Shown piece by piece: positions 19,131-31,615 of a stretch of DNA of 64,000 nt (positions within the stretch are counted from its first letter, which is position 1; the number at the start of each line of letters is the position of its first letter). The DNA is from an uncultured Chloroflexia bacterium. GTDB taxonomy: Bacteria > Chloroflexota > Limnocylindria > Limnocylindrales > CSP1-4. Made by a program: the position numbers and the translations under genes. The DNA lies in contig CAWHYQ010000001.1 in NCBI GenBank assembly GCA_963833705.1, forward strand, positions 249,525 to 313,524, given 5' to 3'. Under the pieces are notes generated by a model. That model had not been told where the DNA came from and ran no database searches. It saw only the letters and a list, made by a program, of their open reading frames with translations.

Positions 19131-21613
19131 GGGTGCCCCTCGCGTGGCTGCGCGAGTTCGTCGACTTCGACCTCGAACCGAAGGTGCTGGCCGACCGCCT
19201 GACGATGCTCGGCATGGAGGTCAAAGGCATCGAGACGTGGGGTGGTGACTGGCGGAACGTCGTGGTCGGCGAGCTGCTGGCCGTCGAGCGACACCCGCGC
19301 GCAGACCGACTGTCGCTCACACGGGTCTACGTCGGGTCCGGCGAGCCGCTGGAGATCGTCTGTGGGGCCACCAACATCGCGGCCGGCCAGCGCGTCCCGG
19401 TCGCCCTGCCCGGAGCGGTGCTGCCCGGTGACCGACGCATCGAGCGGACCGAGAAGATGGGCGTCGTCAGCAACGGCATGCTGTGCTCGGGCGATGAGCT
19501 CGGGCTGACCGCCGATGCCGACGGGATCCTGATCCTGCCTCCCGAGACCCCGATCGGCCGTCCGCTGACCGAGTTGTACGGCGACATCGTCTTCGACGTC
19601 GACGTCAAGCCCAACCGCGGCGATGCGTTGAGCATGGTCGGGTTGGCGCGGGAGGTGGCTGCGCTGACCGGTGGACCGCTGCGGCCACCGTCGAGCGAGG
19701 TCGTCGAGTCCGGTCAAGCCACCGCGGAACGCCTCAGCGTCGAGGTCCTCGACCCGGTGCTCTGTCCGCGCTTCGTCGGTCGGTGGGTCAGTGGCGTTCG
19801 CGTCGGTCCCTCGCCGGACTGGGTCCAGATGCGCCTCCTGGCGGCCGGCCAGCGACCGATCAGCAACGTCGTGGACGCGTCCAACTACGTGATGGTCGAA
19901 CTGGGCAAGCCCATCCACACGTTCGACGCCGCGGCCGTCCATGGCGGGCGGATCATCGTCCGGCGGGCGGCCCAGGGCGAGCGCTTCGAGACGCTCGACC
20001 ACGTCGAACGGACGCTCGATCCGGAGACCCTGCTCATCGCCGACCCGGATGGCCCGATCGGCATGGCCGGGGTCATGGGCGGGGCGGCCTCCGAGATCGG
20101 CGAGGGCACGACGGAGGTCGTCGTCGAGTCGGCCATCTTCGACCCCGTCAACATCCGCCGAACGGCCTTCCGGTATGCGCTGCGGTCCGACGCCAGCCTG
20201 CGCTTCGAGAAGGGCCAGGAGTTCCGGCTGGCGAGGGTCGGGGCGGACCGGACCGCGCGTCTCGTCGCGGATTGGTCGGGTGGGATCGTGGCACCCGGTG
20301 TGGTCGACTCGAACCCGGTCGAACCGCCGCCCACCCGGGTCGCCTTCCGTCCCGAACGGGTCAACCGCCTCATCGGGGTCACGCTGCGCCCCGACGAGCA
20401 GGGCGACCTGCTGGCACGCGTCGGGATCGTCGCCGAACGTGCCCCGGATGGGACCGCGGTGACGGTCGCGGCCGGCTCCAAGCCGCTCATCGTCGACAGC
20501 GGCTCGACCGAGACGTGGCTGGCCCAGGTGCCGACCTGGCGGCGCGACCTCGCGGTCGAGACGGACGTGGCCGAGGAGATCATCCGGGTCCGTGGCTACG
20601 ACACGGTCCCGGCGATCCTGCCCCACACGCCGATGCCGGCCTATCGGCATGACCCGCTCGAGGTTCGCGACGCGATCCGCGAGGCCCTGGTCGGCGCGGG
20701 GATCACCGAGGCAGTCACCTTCGCGCTCGTCTCGCCACGGATGGTCGAGCAGTTCCCGTCGGTCGATGACGAGGCGCCGGTCGGCGAGCCGGAGCAACGC
20801 GTCGCGGGGCGCCCGATCGTCGTCACGAACCCGCTGTCCAGCCAGCATTCGGTCCTCCGCCAGAGCCTGCTCGGCAGCCTGCTCGAGGCGGTCTCCACGA
20901 ACCTCCGGTACGGCCGGGGCGACGTCGCGTTGTTCGAGGTCGGCAAGGGGTACGGGGCCACGGGCGAGACGACCCATGAATGGTGGCGGCTCGGGCTGGC
21001 GCTGACCGGCGCCGCGGAGCGTCAGGCCTGGAATCGACCCACCCGTCCGTACGACCTCGACGAGGGCAAGGGGATCATCGAGCTGCTCTGCCGCCGACTC
21101 GGCCTGCCCGACCCGACGTACACCGTGCTGGCCGACGACCCCCGCCTCCACCCCGGACGGGCCGCGCGCGTCGACGCCGGCGGTCGGGTCGTCGGGCGGA
21201 TCGGCGAGGTCCACGCAGGGCTCATCGAGGCGCTCGACCTGCGTGCCGACCGGGTCGTGGTGGCGGAACTCGCGGTTGCCGGGCTCGCCGCGGGCCGTCT
21301 CACGGTCGCGCGTGGGGCCACGCCGTCACGCTTCCCGTCGGTCGCTCGCGACCTCGCCGCCGTCGTCGCGGAGGACCGGCCCGCCGCGGACGTGGTCGCG
21401 TCCATCCGGCGCCATGGTGGTCCGCTCCTTCGATCGGTCGAACTGTTCGATGTCTACCGCGGTCGACCGCTGGCCGAGACCGAGAAGAGTCTCGCCTGGC
21501 GGCTCGAGTTCGCGACCGACGAGCGGACGCTGACCGAGTCCGAAGTGGACGCGGCGATGACGGCCATCGCGGCCGGGCTGGCGACCGACGTCGGTGGGCG
21601 CCTGCGCGCGTGA
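19127..21613 (+). CDS. pheT: Phenylalanyl-tRNA synthetase beta subunit
   Basis: MRVPLAWLREFVDFDLEPKVLADRLTMLGMEVKG... tRNA-binding, B3/B4, B5 and FDX-ACB domains. ATGA overlap with pheS. Intact over 2.5 kb. Confidence 0.9.
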   Translation: MRVPLAWLREFVDFDLEPKVLADRLTMLGMEVKGIETWGGDWRNVVVGELLAVERHPRADRLSLTRVYVGSGEPLEIVCGATNIAAGQRVPVALPGAVLPGDRRIERTEKMGVVSNGMLCSGDELGLTADADGILILPPETPIGRPLTELYGDIVFDVDVKPNRGDALSMVGLAREVAALTGGPLRPPSSEVVESGQATAERLSVEVLDPVLCPRFVGRWVSGVRVGPSPDWVQMRLLAAGQRPISNVVDASNYVMVELGKPIHTFDAAAVHGGRIIVRRAAQGERFETLDHVERTLDPETLLIADPDGPIGMAGVMGGAASEIGEGTTEVVVESAIFDPVNIRRTAFRYALRSDASLRFEKGQEFRLARVGADRTARLVADWSGGIVAPGVVDSNPVEPPPTRVAFRPERVNRLIGVTLRPDEQGDLLARVGIVAERAPDGTAVTVAAGSKPLIVDSGSTETWLAQVPTWRRDLAVETDVAEEIIRVRGYDTVPAILPHTPMPAYRHDPLEVRDAIREALVGAGITEAVTFALVSPRMVEQFPSVDDEAPVGEPEQRVAGRPIVVTNPLSSQHSVLRQSLLGSLLEAVSTNLRYGRGDVALFEVGKGYGATGETTHEWWRLGLALTGAAERQAWNRPTRPYDLDEGKGIIELLCRRLGLPDPTYTVLADDPRLHPGRAARVDAGGRVVGRIGEVHAGLIEALDLRADRVVVAELAVAGLAAGRLTVARGATPSRFPSVARDLAAVVAEDRPAADVVASIRRHGGPLLRSVELFDVYRGRPLAETEKSLAWRLEFATDERTLTESEVDAAMTAIAAGLATDVGGRLRA

Positions 21614-21778
21614 TCCGGGGGCTTGACCGCCCCGCGACCCCACCACGATAGACCGCACCGGACCCTACCCGACACCCCGGGACCGTGCTTCTCCCGCTCT
21701 TGCGGCGGCCGTTTGGCCACGCTACCCTTGCGCGGCTCCGGCCCGGGACCGTGAGCGCTGACCCGGAGGCGAATACGC

Positions 21779-22354
21779 GTGGACTTCGGCGGGATCGGGA
21801 CGGTCGACATTGTGCTCGTCCTGTACTTCATGGGTTTCTTCGTGCTCGGTTTCGCCCAGGGCACGATCCGACGCCTGCTCGGCATCGGCTCCATCCTGTT
21901 CTCGTTCCTGCTCGCTGCGAACATCGCGTCGCCGTTGGGCGACTTCCTGGGCGCCAACTGGACGCAGTTCCCCAAGGAATACGCCTACATGGTCGGGTTC
22001 GGGACGATCTTCGTCGCCTCGAGCGTCGCGTTCGCGCTAGTCATCCAGGGCTTCTACAAGCCGCAGCCGCTGTTCCAGAAGGCGCGCTTCGCTGACGAGA
22101 TCATCGGCGGCCTCCTCGGCCTGGTCCAGGCGGCGCTGATCCTCGGGTGCTTGATCGTCATCCTCGACTCCTACTTCCGGATCCCGGGCATGACGCCGGA
22201 CCCACAGGAGCTGCCGTTCCTGCGCGACATCTGGACCGCCCTCGACGCCACCAGGACGGTCGAGCTCTTCCGGGACACGATCATCCCCGGGTTCTTCCTG
22301 TTCACCGGGTTCCTGGTCCCGGACAACATCGAAGCCGCCTACCCACGCGGCTGA
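21779..22354 (+). CDS. cvpA: CvpA family membrane protein
   Basis: 4 TM helices, IVLVLYFMGFFVLGFAQGTIRRLLGIGS..., typical CvpA/YshB. Confidence 0.7.
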   Translation: MDFGGIGTVDIVLVLYFMGFFVLGFAQGTIRRLLGIGSILFSFLLAANIASPLGDFLGANWTQFPKEYAYMVGFGTIFVASSVAFALVIQGFYKPQPLFQKARFADEIIGGLLGLVQAALILGCLIVILDSYFRIPGMTPDPQELPFLRDIWTALDATRTVELFRDTIIPGFFLFTGFLVPDNIEAAYPRG

Positions 22355-23031
22355 CGATCCTCGATCGCGCGGTCCTCGCCGCGCCGACGCTCCGGGCGGC
22401 GAGCTCCCTCATCGGGGCGCGCCTGGTCCGCGACGATGCGACGGGTCGTCGCGTCGGCCGGATCGTGGAAGTCGAGGCCTACATCGGCCGCGACGACCGT
22501 GCCTCCCACGCCCGCTTCGGCGAGACGGCACGCAACCGGGTCATGTTCGGACCGCCGGGCCACGCCTACGTGTACCTTGTCTACGGGATGTACGACTGTC
22601 TCAACGTGGTGACCGAACCGGACGGCACACCGGCCGCCGTGCTGATCCGCGCCGTCGAACCGCTCGAGGGGATCGAGGCCATGCGGGTCGATCGCATCGT
22701 CCGCGCGACCGGCCGGCGCCGGAGCCTGGGGCCCGAGCGGGCCGAAGCGGAGGCCGAACGGATCGCCGGGTTGCCGGCCCATCGCCTGGCGAGCGGCCCC
22801 GGCCTCGTGGCGGCCGCCTTCGGTCTGGGGACCGATCGGACCGGGACGGACCTGTGCGACCCGCATTCATCGCTGCGGCTGGAGGCCGCCGCGCGGGACG
22901 AGGTCGCACCCGAGGTCGCGACGACCGTCCGCATCGGGATCGACTACGCGGGCGAACCGTGGACGACCCGGCCGTGGCGGTTCATCGAGCGCGGCAACCC
23001 GTCGGTATCCGGACCCGCGTCGGCCCGCTGA
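22351..23031 (+). CDS. mpg: DNA-3-methyladenine glycosylase (Mpg/AAG family); start codon unresolved
   Basis: LIGARLVRDDATGRRVGRIVEVEAYIG.DDRASHA..GETARNRVMFGPPGHAYVYLVYGMYDCLNVV. No ATG/GTG/TTG upstream of the conserved N-terminus in frame. CTG 22351 or ATC 22357 overlap the cvpA stop. N-terminal indel possible. Confidence 0.6.
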   Translation: MTILDRAVLAAPTLRAASSLIGARLVRDDATGRRVGRIVEVEAYIGRDDRASHARFGETARNRVMFGPPGHAYVYLVYGMYDCLNVVTEPDGTPAAVLIRAVEPLEGIEAMRVDRIVRATGRRRSLGPERAEAEAERIAGLPAHRLASGPGLVAAAFGLGTDRTGTDLCDPHSSLRLEAAARDEVAPEVATTVRIGIDYAGEPWTTRPWRFIERGNPSVSGPASAR

Positions 23032-23045
23032 GCGGCCCGACGGCG

Positions 23046-25406
23046 ATGGACCAGCGCTCAAGCGACCTGCTCGAGTTCCCGGCCATCCGAGCGCGTCTCG
23101 CGGCGGTCACGTCGTTCCCGCCGTCTCGGCGGATGGCCGAGGCCCTGGAACCGTCGAGCGACCCGGTGGTCGTGGCGCGCGCGCTCGACGAGACCGACCA
23201 GGCCCGCGGGTTGCTCGAGGAGCGGCCGGGTGTCGGCATCGGCGCGGCGCACGATATCGGGCCGGCGATCGAGCGAGCGGCCAGGGCCGGTCGCCTTGAG
23301 CCTGCCCAGTTCATCGAGATCGCCGGGACGCTCGACGCCACCGCCCGTCTCGCGACGATGCTGGCCGACGAGCGCCGACCGCTGCTGCGCGAGCTGGGGC
23401 ACGAGCTGCACGCGTTGCCGGCCCTGCGCTCCACGCTCGCCCGCAGCTTCGACCCGACCGGCGAGTTGCTCGACACCGCCTCACCGCGTCTGGGTAGCCT
23501 GCGCAAAGCGGTCCGGATCGCCTATGACCGGCTGCGGCGCCGCCTGGATTCGCTCGTCGGTGCGGAGCTCGGCAACGCGCTCCAGGAGCCGATCGTCACC
23601 CTACGCAACGGCCGCTATGTGGTGCCGGTCAAGGCAGAGGCTCGGGCTCGGGTCAAGGGCATCGTCCACGACGCCTCGGGCAGCGGGCAGACCCTGTTCA
23701 TCGAGCCGCTCGTGGCGGTGGAGCTCGGGAACGCCTGGCGAGAGGCGCAGGTCGCCGAGGCCGAGGAGATCGCGCGCATCCTCGATGAGCTGTCGGCATT
23801 CGTCGCCTCGAACGCGCCCGCCTTGCGCGAGACGCTCGACGCCCTGGCCCGGTTCGACCTGTGGGCCGCCAAGGCGTCGCTCGCGGCGGAGATGCGGGCC
23901 GGCAGGGTCGAGACCACGGAGCGACCGGAAGTGATCCTGCTGTCGGCCCGCCACCCCGGTCTCGCCGGTCGCGTCGTGCCGATCGACATCCGGCTCGGCG
24001 ACGGCTATACGGCCCTCGTGGTGACCGGCCCCAACACCGGCGGCAAGACCGTCACGCTGCGGACCCTCGGCCTGCTCAGCCTGATGCACCAGGCCGGTCT
24101 GCACATCCCGGCCGAACCCGGCAGCCGCCTTCCGATCTGGCGTGACATCTATGCCGACATCGGTGACGAGCAGTCCATCGCGCAGTCGCTCTCGACCTTC
24201 TCTGGCCACCTGCGCTCGATCATCCGGATCGTGGACGCGGCCGGACCCGGCACCCTGGTGCTGCTCGACGAACTCGGTGCCGGGACCGACCCGACCGAGG
24301 GCTCGGCGCTGGCCCAGGCGCTCCTCGACCACTTCATCCGCGCGGGCGCGCTCGTCGCGGCCACGACCCACTACGCAGAGCTGAAGGCCTACGCGCATAC
24401 GACACCGGGCGCCCGGAACGCCGCCGTCGAATTCGACCTCGAGACGCTGTCGCCGACCTATCGCCTGACGATCGGCCTGCCCGGTGGCAGCCAGGCCTTC
24501 GCCATCGCCGAGCGGCTCGGGCTGCCCGCACCGATCGTCAGCGACGCGAGGTCACGGCTGTCGGAGGCGCAGCGATCATTCGAGGCGACCCTCGCCTCGA
24601 TCCGCGCGACGGAGGGCGCCACGAGCGAGGCGCTCGACCGCGCCCGCGACGCCGAGTTGCGGGCCACCGAGGCGCTCCGTGCCGCCGAGGAGGAGCGCCG
24701 GCGGGCGCGACACGAGCGGGACGAGGCGGTCGGGGCGGCCCGAGCGGAGGCCGAACGCCTCGTGGACGACCTGCGCGCCGAGGTCAGCGCCACCCGAGAC
24801 GCGCTCGAACGCGAGACGGTCACCGCGCCGGCGCTCGATGCCGCGGTCGCCCGTGCGGAGACCGGTCTCGATCGCCTGCCCGCGAACGACGAGGCGCCGC
24901 CGGCGCCCGCGCCCGTCATCGCACGGTCGTGGCAGCTGGGCGAGCGGGCGCGCAGCCTGTCCGGCGGGTGGGAGGGCCGGATCGCCGCCATCGAGCGCGG
25001 TGGCAAGCGGGCGACCCTCGAGGCCGGCGGGATGCGGGTGACCGTCGACACGGACGACCTCGTGCCGCCATCGTCCGAGGACGGGGCCGGACGCCGAACG
25101 GGGGCCGATGCCACGTCGCCCGCCGATACGAACGCGACCGCGCTGCGACTCGACCGGGCGAATTCGGTGGCGTCCTCGCTCGACCTGCGCGGCGCCCGGG
25201 TGGACGAGGCGCTCGATGCCCTGAACCGCTATCTCGACGACGCGGGCCTGGCCGGGCTCGACAAGGCGCTGATCATCCACGGGATGGGGACCGGGGCGCT
25301 GCGCGACGCCGTTCGGGCGGCGGCCTCGGCCCATCCGCTCGTCCGCTCGATGCGGCCGGGCCAGCGCGGCGAGGGCGGCGACGGCGCCACGATCGTCGAG
25401 TTCTGA
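23046..25406 (+). CDS. mutS2: Endonuclease MutS2 (MutS domain + C-terminal Smr)
   Basis: Walker A GPNTGGKTVTLRT, LLDELGAGTDP, C-terminal Smr (LDLRGARVDEALDALNRYLDDAGLAGLDKALIIHGMGTGALRDAV). Intact. Confidence 0.85.
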   Translation: MDQRSSDLLEFPAIRARLAAVTSFPPSRRMAEALEPSSDPVVVARALDETDQARGLLEERPGVGIGAAHDIGPAIERAARAGRLEPAQFIEIAGTLDATARLATMLADERRPLLRELGHELHALPALRSTLARSFDPTGELLDTASPRLGSLRKAVRIAYDRLRRRLDSLVGAELGNALQEPIVTLRNGRYVVPVKAEARARVKGIVHDASGSGQTLFIEPLVAVELGNAWREAQVAEAEEIARILDELSAFVASNAPALRETLDALARFDLWAAKASLAAEMRAGRVETTERPEVILLSARHPGLAGRVVPIDIRLGDGYTALVVTGPNTGGKTVTLRTLGLLSLMHQAGLHIPAEPGSRLPIWRDIYADIGDEQSIAQSLSTFSGHLRSIIRIVDAAGPGTLVLLDELGAGTDPTEGSALAQALLDHFIRAGALVAATTHYAELKAYAHTTPGARNAAVEFDLETLSPTYRLTIGLPGGSQAFAIAERLGLPAPIVSDARSRLSEAQRSFEATLASIRATEGATSEALDRARDAELRATEALRAAEEERRRARHERDEAVGAARAEAERLVDDLRAEVSATRDALERETVTAPALDAAVARAETGLDRLPANDEAPPAPAPVIARSWQLGERARSLSGGWEGRIAAIERGGKRATLEAGGMRVTVDTDDLVPPSSEDGAGRRTGADATSPADTNATALRLDRANSVASSLDLRGARVDEALDALNRYLDDAGLAGLDKALIIHGMGTGALRDAVRAAASAHPLVRSMRPGQRGEGGDGATIVEF

Positions 25407-25432
25407 ACGCCCGGCCCGGGCCCGGCGACCGT

Positions 25433-28132
25433 CTAGGGTTTCGGCGTCTCGAACGGCACGCCGCCACCGCCGTCGGGTGGGGGAGGCGTACAGGTCGGGG
25501 TCGGGAGGCCCGGGTCCGCCGAGGGCGGGACGACGGGTGTGCAGACGTCCGGCGGCGGTCCGATCGGGCAGTCCTTCGTCGGTGCGAACGGCGCGCCCCA
25601 CGTTCGCCCGAACGGCGCGAACGCGCCGTTGTAGAAGTAGGCCGTCCGCGTTCCCTTGGGTCCTCGGACACCCGAGCCCCTGGCCGCGCGGGCGCCCCAC
25701 GCCGCATCGGCGCGCTGCCAGACCGGGAAGTTCGCATCCACGTCGGAGAAGTTGAAGAAGCCCCGCGTGACCTTCGGCCCGACGCAGCCATCGCGCCAGA
25801 GCAGCCCTGACGCCGCATCGATGGTTCGCGCCACACGGATCGTCTCGCGATCGGTCGGCACGGTCCCCGGCAGGAACAACTCCGTGACCTTCTTCGTGGT
25901 GAACGGACCCGGCTTGAGCCCGGTGAACGCGTCGACGGATGCGGTCTTGAGGGTGCTCGGCGCCTTGAACTGGGCGATCGGCAGGCCGCGGCTGATCTCG
26001 GTCAGGATCGCCGACCACAGCGGCGCCGAGGTGTCGAGCGAGAGCTTGCCGTCGTTCGGGCTGTTGTCGCTGTTGCCCATCCAGATCCCGACGGCCAGCG
26101 CCGGGGCCTTCTTGTCGGCCGGCGGGGCAAGCCAGCCGTAGGCGGCCACGTCGCGGTTGTCGCTCGTCGTGCCGGTCTTGTAGGCCGCCGGCCGACGGAT
26201 CCCCTTATCGTAGATGGCCCATTTGCCCCAGAACGGATTCACTTTCTTGTCGGTGTTGCCGGCGAGGATGTCGGTGATGATGTAGGCGGCACCAGCGCTG
26301 AGGACCCGCGTCCCGGCCGCGGTGTCGGTGGTCAACGGGTAGATCTGCCGGCCGCTCGGATCGACGATCTTGGCGATGAACTGTCGCGGCATGTGGACGC
26401 CGGCATCGGCGATCGTGCCGTACGCGCCAAGCAGGTCCATCGGGTGCACCTCGAGCGTCCCGATGCCCATCGACAGGACCGGCACCGCGGTCTTCGGATA
26501 CGTCAGCCCGAAGTCCTTGGTCCGATCGAACACGTGGTCGAGGCCGCTCATGATCGTGGCCTTGATGGCCGGGATGTTGAGCGAGAACTGGAGCGCCGAG
26601 CGGAGTCGGACGGGGCCGCGTTCGAGCTTGTCGGCCTGGGTCGGGGTGAAGCCGCCACCGAAGTTGGTCGTGACGTCCATCAGCATCGTCGACGCCGTCA
26701 GCGTCTTGTCGTCGATGCCGATGGAGTAGTCGACCGGTTTGATGGCCGAACCCGGCTGGCGCCAGCCGTCGGCCAGGACGTCGAACTGCGGCTGGAACTT
26801 CTTGTTGCCCTTCGACGTGTAGCTCGCGGACCCTACGTAGGCGAGCACGTCGCCGGTCCGGTAGTCGATGACGGCCGCCGCCGCATTGTTGATGTTGTGC
26901 CCGCGCAGGCCGAGGATCCACGAGCGGGCCGACGCGGGGATCTTGCGCGCGGACAGGAGCGTGGATGGCTTGCTGGAATTGGGCGCCCGTGCCGCAGCGT
27001 AGACCCACTTCTCGGCGACCCGTTGCATCTTCAAGTCGAGCGTTGTCGTCACGCGATAGCCGCCGGTGTCGACGACCTTGCAATCGTCGGGCGTGTCGGG
27101 GCACAGGATCGAGCCGAGCTCGCGACGGACCTGCCAGACGAAATGGGGCGCCTTCCAGTCGGCCGAGAACTGCGGCCGGAGTTCGACCGGCTCGATCTTG
27201 GCGGCCTCGTATTCCGCCATGGTGTGCTTCGTGCCGGTGATCGTGCTGCGCGTTTCCATGAGTTCCAGGACCTTGTTACGACGCTGCACGATCTCCGAAT
27301 CCTGGGGCACGACCAGCTTGAAGTTCGTGCATTCCTCGCCCTCGGCCACCTTGTCGAGACAGATCTCGTCGGCGTTCCGGACGAGGTCGAACTTGGTCGG
27401 TGACTGTGGGATCGCGGCGATGATCGCGTCCTGGGCCAGGGTCAGGTCCTTGAGCGCCTTGCCGAAGTAGCTCTTGGCCGCCGCGGCCACGCCATAACTC
27501 TGGTTGCCGTAGAAGTTCTGGTTGAGATAGGCGGTGATGATCTGCTGCTTGCCCGCCTCGCCGGGGAACGCCTGGGTCAGCCGGACGGACTGGATGATCT
27601 CCCGCGCCTTGCGCTCATAGGTCGTGCCCTCGAACGCCTCGGCGGGCAGCAGCCTGGCGCGCACGAGCTGCTGAGTGATGGTCGAGGCGCCGCGGGGATT
27701 GCCCGAGAGGGTGTCGAGCCCGGCCGACACGATGCCGACCGGGTCGAAGCCCGGGTTGCTCCAGAAGTCCTTGTCCTCGATGGCCGTCGTGGCGTCGATG
27801 ATCTCGCCCGGCAGCTGGTCGAAGGTCACGACTTCGCGCTTGAGTTCGCCGAGACGCGCCAACTCGATGCCCGTCCGGTCGGTGATGACGGTCTGCTGCT
27901 CGAACTCGATGTTCGTGAGGGCGGTCGCAGGATCGGGCAGACCCTCCGCATAGTGGTTGTAGGCGCCCACGGCGAAGACGGCGCCGGTCCCTGCGAGCAG
28001 GACCGTGCTGAGGAGCATGACGACAAGGACGGCGACGGCGATCCGACCGATGGTCGATCCAGCGCTGCCCCCACGCGGGCGACGCTGGAGCGCACGTCGA
28101 TGGCGCTGGCGCCGCGCGAGGCTGGTTTGCAT
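25433..28132 (-). CDS. ponA: Class A penicillin-binding protein (PBP1A; transglycosylase + transpeptidase) with Pro/Cys-rich C-terminal extension
   Basis: N-terminal TM helix. GT51 motifs (EDKDFWSNPGFD, RGASTITQQLV). TPase SxxK (GSAIKP), SxN and KTG(T) motifs. About 150-aa C-terminal tail ending CPIGPPPDVCTPVVPPSADPGLPTPTCTPPPP. Confidence 0.85.
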   Translation of the reverse strand: MQTSLARRQRHRRALQRRPRGGSAGSTIGRIAVAVLVVMLLSTVLLAGTGAVFAVGAYNHYAEGLPDPATALTNIEFEQQTVITDRTGIELARLGELKREVVTFDQLPGEIIDATTAIEDKDFWSNPGFDPVGIVSAGLDTLSGNPRGASTITQQLVRARLLPAEAFEGTTYERKAREIIQSVRLTQAFPGEAGKQQIITAYLNQNFYGNQSYGVAAAAKSYFGKALKDLTLAQDAIIAAIPQSPTKFDLVRNADEICLDKVAEGEECTNFKLVVPQDSEIVQRRNKVLELMETRSTITGTKHTMAEYEAAKIEPVELRPQFSADWKAPHFVWQVRRELGSILCPDTPDDCKVVDTGGYRVTTTLDLKMQRVAEKWVYAAARAPNSSKPSTLLSARKIPASARSWILGLRGHNINNAAAAVIDYRTGDVLAYVGSASYTSKGNKKFQPQFDVLADGWRQPGSAIKPVDYSIGIDDKTLTASTMLMDVTTNFGGGFTPTQADKLERGPVRLRSALQFSLNIPAIKATIMSGLDHVFDRTKDFGLTYPKTAVPVLSMGIGTLEVHPMDLLGAYGTIADAGVHMPRQFIAKIVDPSGRQIYPLTTDTAAGTRVLSAGAAYIITDILAGNTDKKVNPFWGKWAIYDKGIRRPAAYKTGTTSDNRDVAAYGWLAPPADKKAPALAVGIWMGNSDNSPNDGKLSLDTSAPLWSAILTEISRGLPIAQFKAPSTLKTASVDAFTGLKPGPFTTKKVTELFLPGTVPTDRETIRVARTIDAASGLLWRDGCVGPKVTRGFFNFSDVDANFPVWQRADAAWGARAARGSGVRGPKGTRTAYFYNGAFAPFGRTWGAPFAPTKDCPIGPPPDVCTPVVPPSADPGLPTPTCTPPPPDGGGGVPFETPKP

Positions 28133-28167
28133 CTCTGGCCGCACGATAGCATAGGGGGCGTGCACGA

Positions 28168-29523
<1,356 letters not shown>

Positions 29524-29541
29524 CGGTCGCGCGCCGGGCGG

Positions 29542-30216
29542 TCAGCGGCTGTGACGAGCCTGGAGCGCCTCGACGACCGCTGACGGTGGCAGGTCGCGCT
29601 CGGCGAGCAGCACGAGGGCGTGGTACAGGAGGTCGGCGGTCTCGCCGGCCAGGGCCGCACGCGTCACGGTCCGGTCGCCTCCGGTCACCTCGGCCGTGGC
29701 GTCGTCCTTGGCCGCCATGAGCGTCTCGGTCGCCTCTTCGGTGACCTTGCGCCCGACCGCGTCCACGCCGCCGTCGAGCAGTCGCGACGTGTAGGAACCG
29801 GCCGGGCGTGTGGCGACGCGATCCCCGATGGTCGCCCACAGCGTCTCGAGCCACGCGAAGCCCTGGGTCGTCCGTTCGGCGGGTGCACCGTCCGGGTCGA
29901 AGCAGCTGCGCGCGCCGCGGTGGCAGGTCGGGCCGGCCGGGTCGACCGTGACAAGCAGCGCGTCACCATCGCAGTCGGGGGCGAGGCCGACGAGATGCAG
30001 GACGTTGCCACTCGTCTCGCCCTTGCGCCACAGCCGGTCACGGGAACGGGAGTGGAAGTGGACGTCGCCGGTCGCGATCGTCGCGGCGAGCGCATCGGCG
30101 TCCATGTAGGCGACCATCAGGACCCGGCCGTCGGTCGCGTCCTGGACGACCGCGGGGAGAAGCCCGTCGGCGCCGAACGTCACGGCAGGAGCGGCCGCAC
30201 GGGTCGGATCCGTCAC
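29542..30216 (-). CDS. hisI: Bifunctional phosphoribosyl-AMP cyclohydrolase / phosphoribosyl-ATP pyrophosphatase (HisIE fusion)
   Basis: [25 protein letters not shown]...CDGDALL (HisI) followed by the HisE region ([10 protein letters not shown]...KVTEEATE). GTG 30216 start overlaps the hisF stop (GTGA). Confidence 0.8.
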   Translation of the reverse strand: MTDPTRAAAPAVTFGADGLLPAVVQDATDGRVLMVAYMDADALAATIATGDVHFHSRSRDRLWRKGETSGNVLHLVGLAPDCDGDALLVTVDPAGPTCHRGARSCFDPDGAPAERTTQGFAWLETLWATIGDRVATRPAGSYTSRLLDGGVDAVGRKVTEEATETLMAAKDDATAEVTGGDRTVTRAALAGETADLLYHALVLLAERDLPPSAVVEALQARHSR

Positions 30217-30989
30217 GCGACAGCCTCCTGGACGAGGCGCACCGGCAGCCCGGCCGCGGCCATCGCCGCCTTGACGTTCGCGATCGCATGGATGCGCCGA
30301 TGGAAGATCGACGCCGCGAGTACGGCATCCGCGCCGCCGTCGCGGATCGCGGTCACGAAATCCTCCGGGCCGGCCGCGCCGCCCGACGCGATCACCGGCA
30401 CCGACACGCTCGAGGTGATCGCCCGGAGCAGCGCCGTGTCGAAGCCGGACCCGGTCCCGTCCCGGTCGATCGAGGTGACGAGCAACTCGCCGGCGCCGAG
30501 GTCGACCGCGCGCAACGCCCAGGCGACCGCGTCGATCCCGGTCGGTTCGCGGCCACCGCGGACGACGACTTCCCACGCGTCGGGCGTCGTCGCGCGCGCG
30601 TCGATGGCGACCACGACCGCCTGGCGCCCGAACCGCCCGGCACAGCGGCTGATGAGCGTGGGCTCGGCGACGGCCGCGGTGTTGAGCGAGACCTTGTCGG
30701 CCCCCGCCCGGAGGACGTCGCGCATCTCGATGACTGTCCGGACACCGCCCCCGACGGTCAACGGGATGAACGCCCGGCGCGCGGTCCGTTCCACGATGTC
30801 CAGGAGCGTCGAGCGGCGCTCGGGGGCGGCCGTGATATCGAGGAACACGAGCTCGTCCGCGCCCTCGTTGGCGTAGCGCTCGGCGAGTTCTGGGGGATCG
30901 CCCGCGTCGACGAGATCGACGAACCGGGTGCCCTTGACCACGCGTCCGTCAGCGACGTCGAGGCACGGGATCACGCGGCGGCGGAGCAT
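30213..30989 (-). CDS. hisF: Imidazole glycerol phosphate synthase cyclase subunit
   Basis: [23 protein letters not shown]...canonical HisF. Confidence 0.9.
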   Translation of the reverse strand: MLRRRVIPCLDVADGRVVKGTRFVDLVDAGDPPELAERYANEGADELVFLDITAAPERRSTLLDIVERTARRAFIPLTVGGGVRTVIEMRDVLRAGADKVSLNTAAVAEPTLISRCAGRFGRQAVVVAIDARATTPDAWEVVVRGGREPTGIDAVAWALRAVDLGAGELLVTSIDRDGTGSGFDTALLRAITSSVSVPVIASGGAAGPEDFVTAIRDGGADAVLAASIFHRRIHAIANVKAAMAAAGLPVRLVQEAVA

Positions 30990-31615
30990 CAGGCGGCCCG
31001 GACCAGGTCGACGAAGTTCGCCAGCAGATGGAGGCCGTCGGGTCCGCTCCGCTCGGGATGGAACTGGACGCCGAGCATCGATCCGCGCGCGACGGCCGAG
31101 ACGAACGGTCGGCCGTGTTCGGTCGTGGCCAGGACGGCCTCCGGGACCCCATCGGGGACGCCGACATACGAGTGGACGAAGTAGAAGTCGGTCCCGTTCG
31201 CGATCCCGTCGAACAACGGGTGGTCGCGGGTCGGTTCGACCTGGTTCCAGCCGATGTGCGGGAGGGTCGGGGCGTCCTCCAGCCGGACGGTCCGTCCCGG
31301 GAGCACCCCGAGCGTGGTCGCACCGTCCTCGTCGCTGCCGTCGAAGAGGAGCTGGAGTCCGAGACAGATACCGAAGAACGGCCGATCGGCACGGATCCAG
31401 TCACGGATCGGGCCGCTGAGGCCATGGCGGTCGAGCCTCGCCATCGCGGGCTCGGCCGCACCCACCCCGGGCACGATGAGCGCATCGGCGCCTCGTATCG
31501 CCTCGGCGTCGCGAACGAGGGCGACGTCGGCGCCGACCGTGGTCAGCGCCTGGTCGATGCTGACGAGGTTGCCCGCGCCGTAATCGACCACGGCGATGCG
31601 CGGGCGCGCCGTCAT
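30989..31615 (-). CDS. hisH: Imidazole glycerol phosphate synthase glutamine amidotransferase subunit
   Basis: [22 protein letters not shown] and HPE triad residues. 1-nt overlap with hisF. Confidence 0.9.
   Translation of the reverse strand: MTARPRIAVVDYGAGNLVSIDQALTTVGADVALVRDAEAIRGADALIVPGVGAAEPAMARLDRHGLSGPIRDWIRADRPFFGICLGLQLLFDGSDEDGATTLGVLPGRTVRLEDAPTLPHIGWNQVEPTRDHPLFDGIANGTDFYFVHSYVGVPDGVPEAVLATTEHGRPFVSAVARGSMLGVQFHPERSGPDGLHLLANFVDLVRAA

Noticed and set aside
18569-21214. N-terminal 186 aa of the 1014-aa ORF 18569..21613 and the antisense 786-aa ORF 18854..21214
   Set aside because: pheT clearly starts at ATG 19127 (MRVPLAWLREF...). The upstream in-frame extension overlaps pheS out of frame. 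The antisense ORF is low-complexity.
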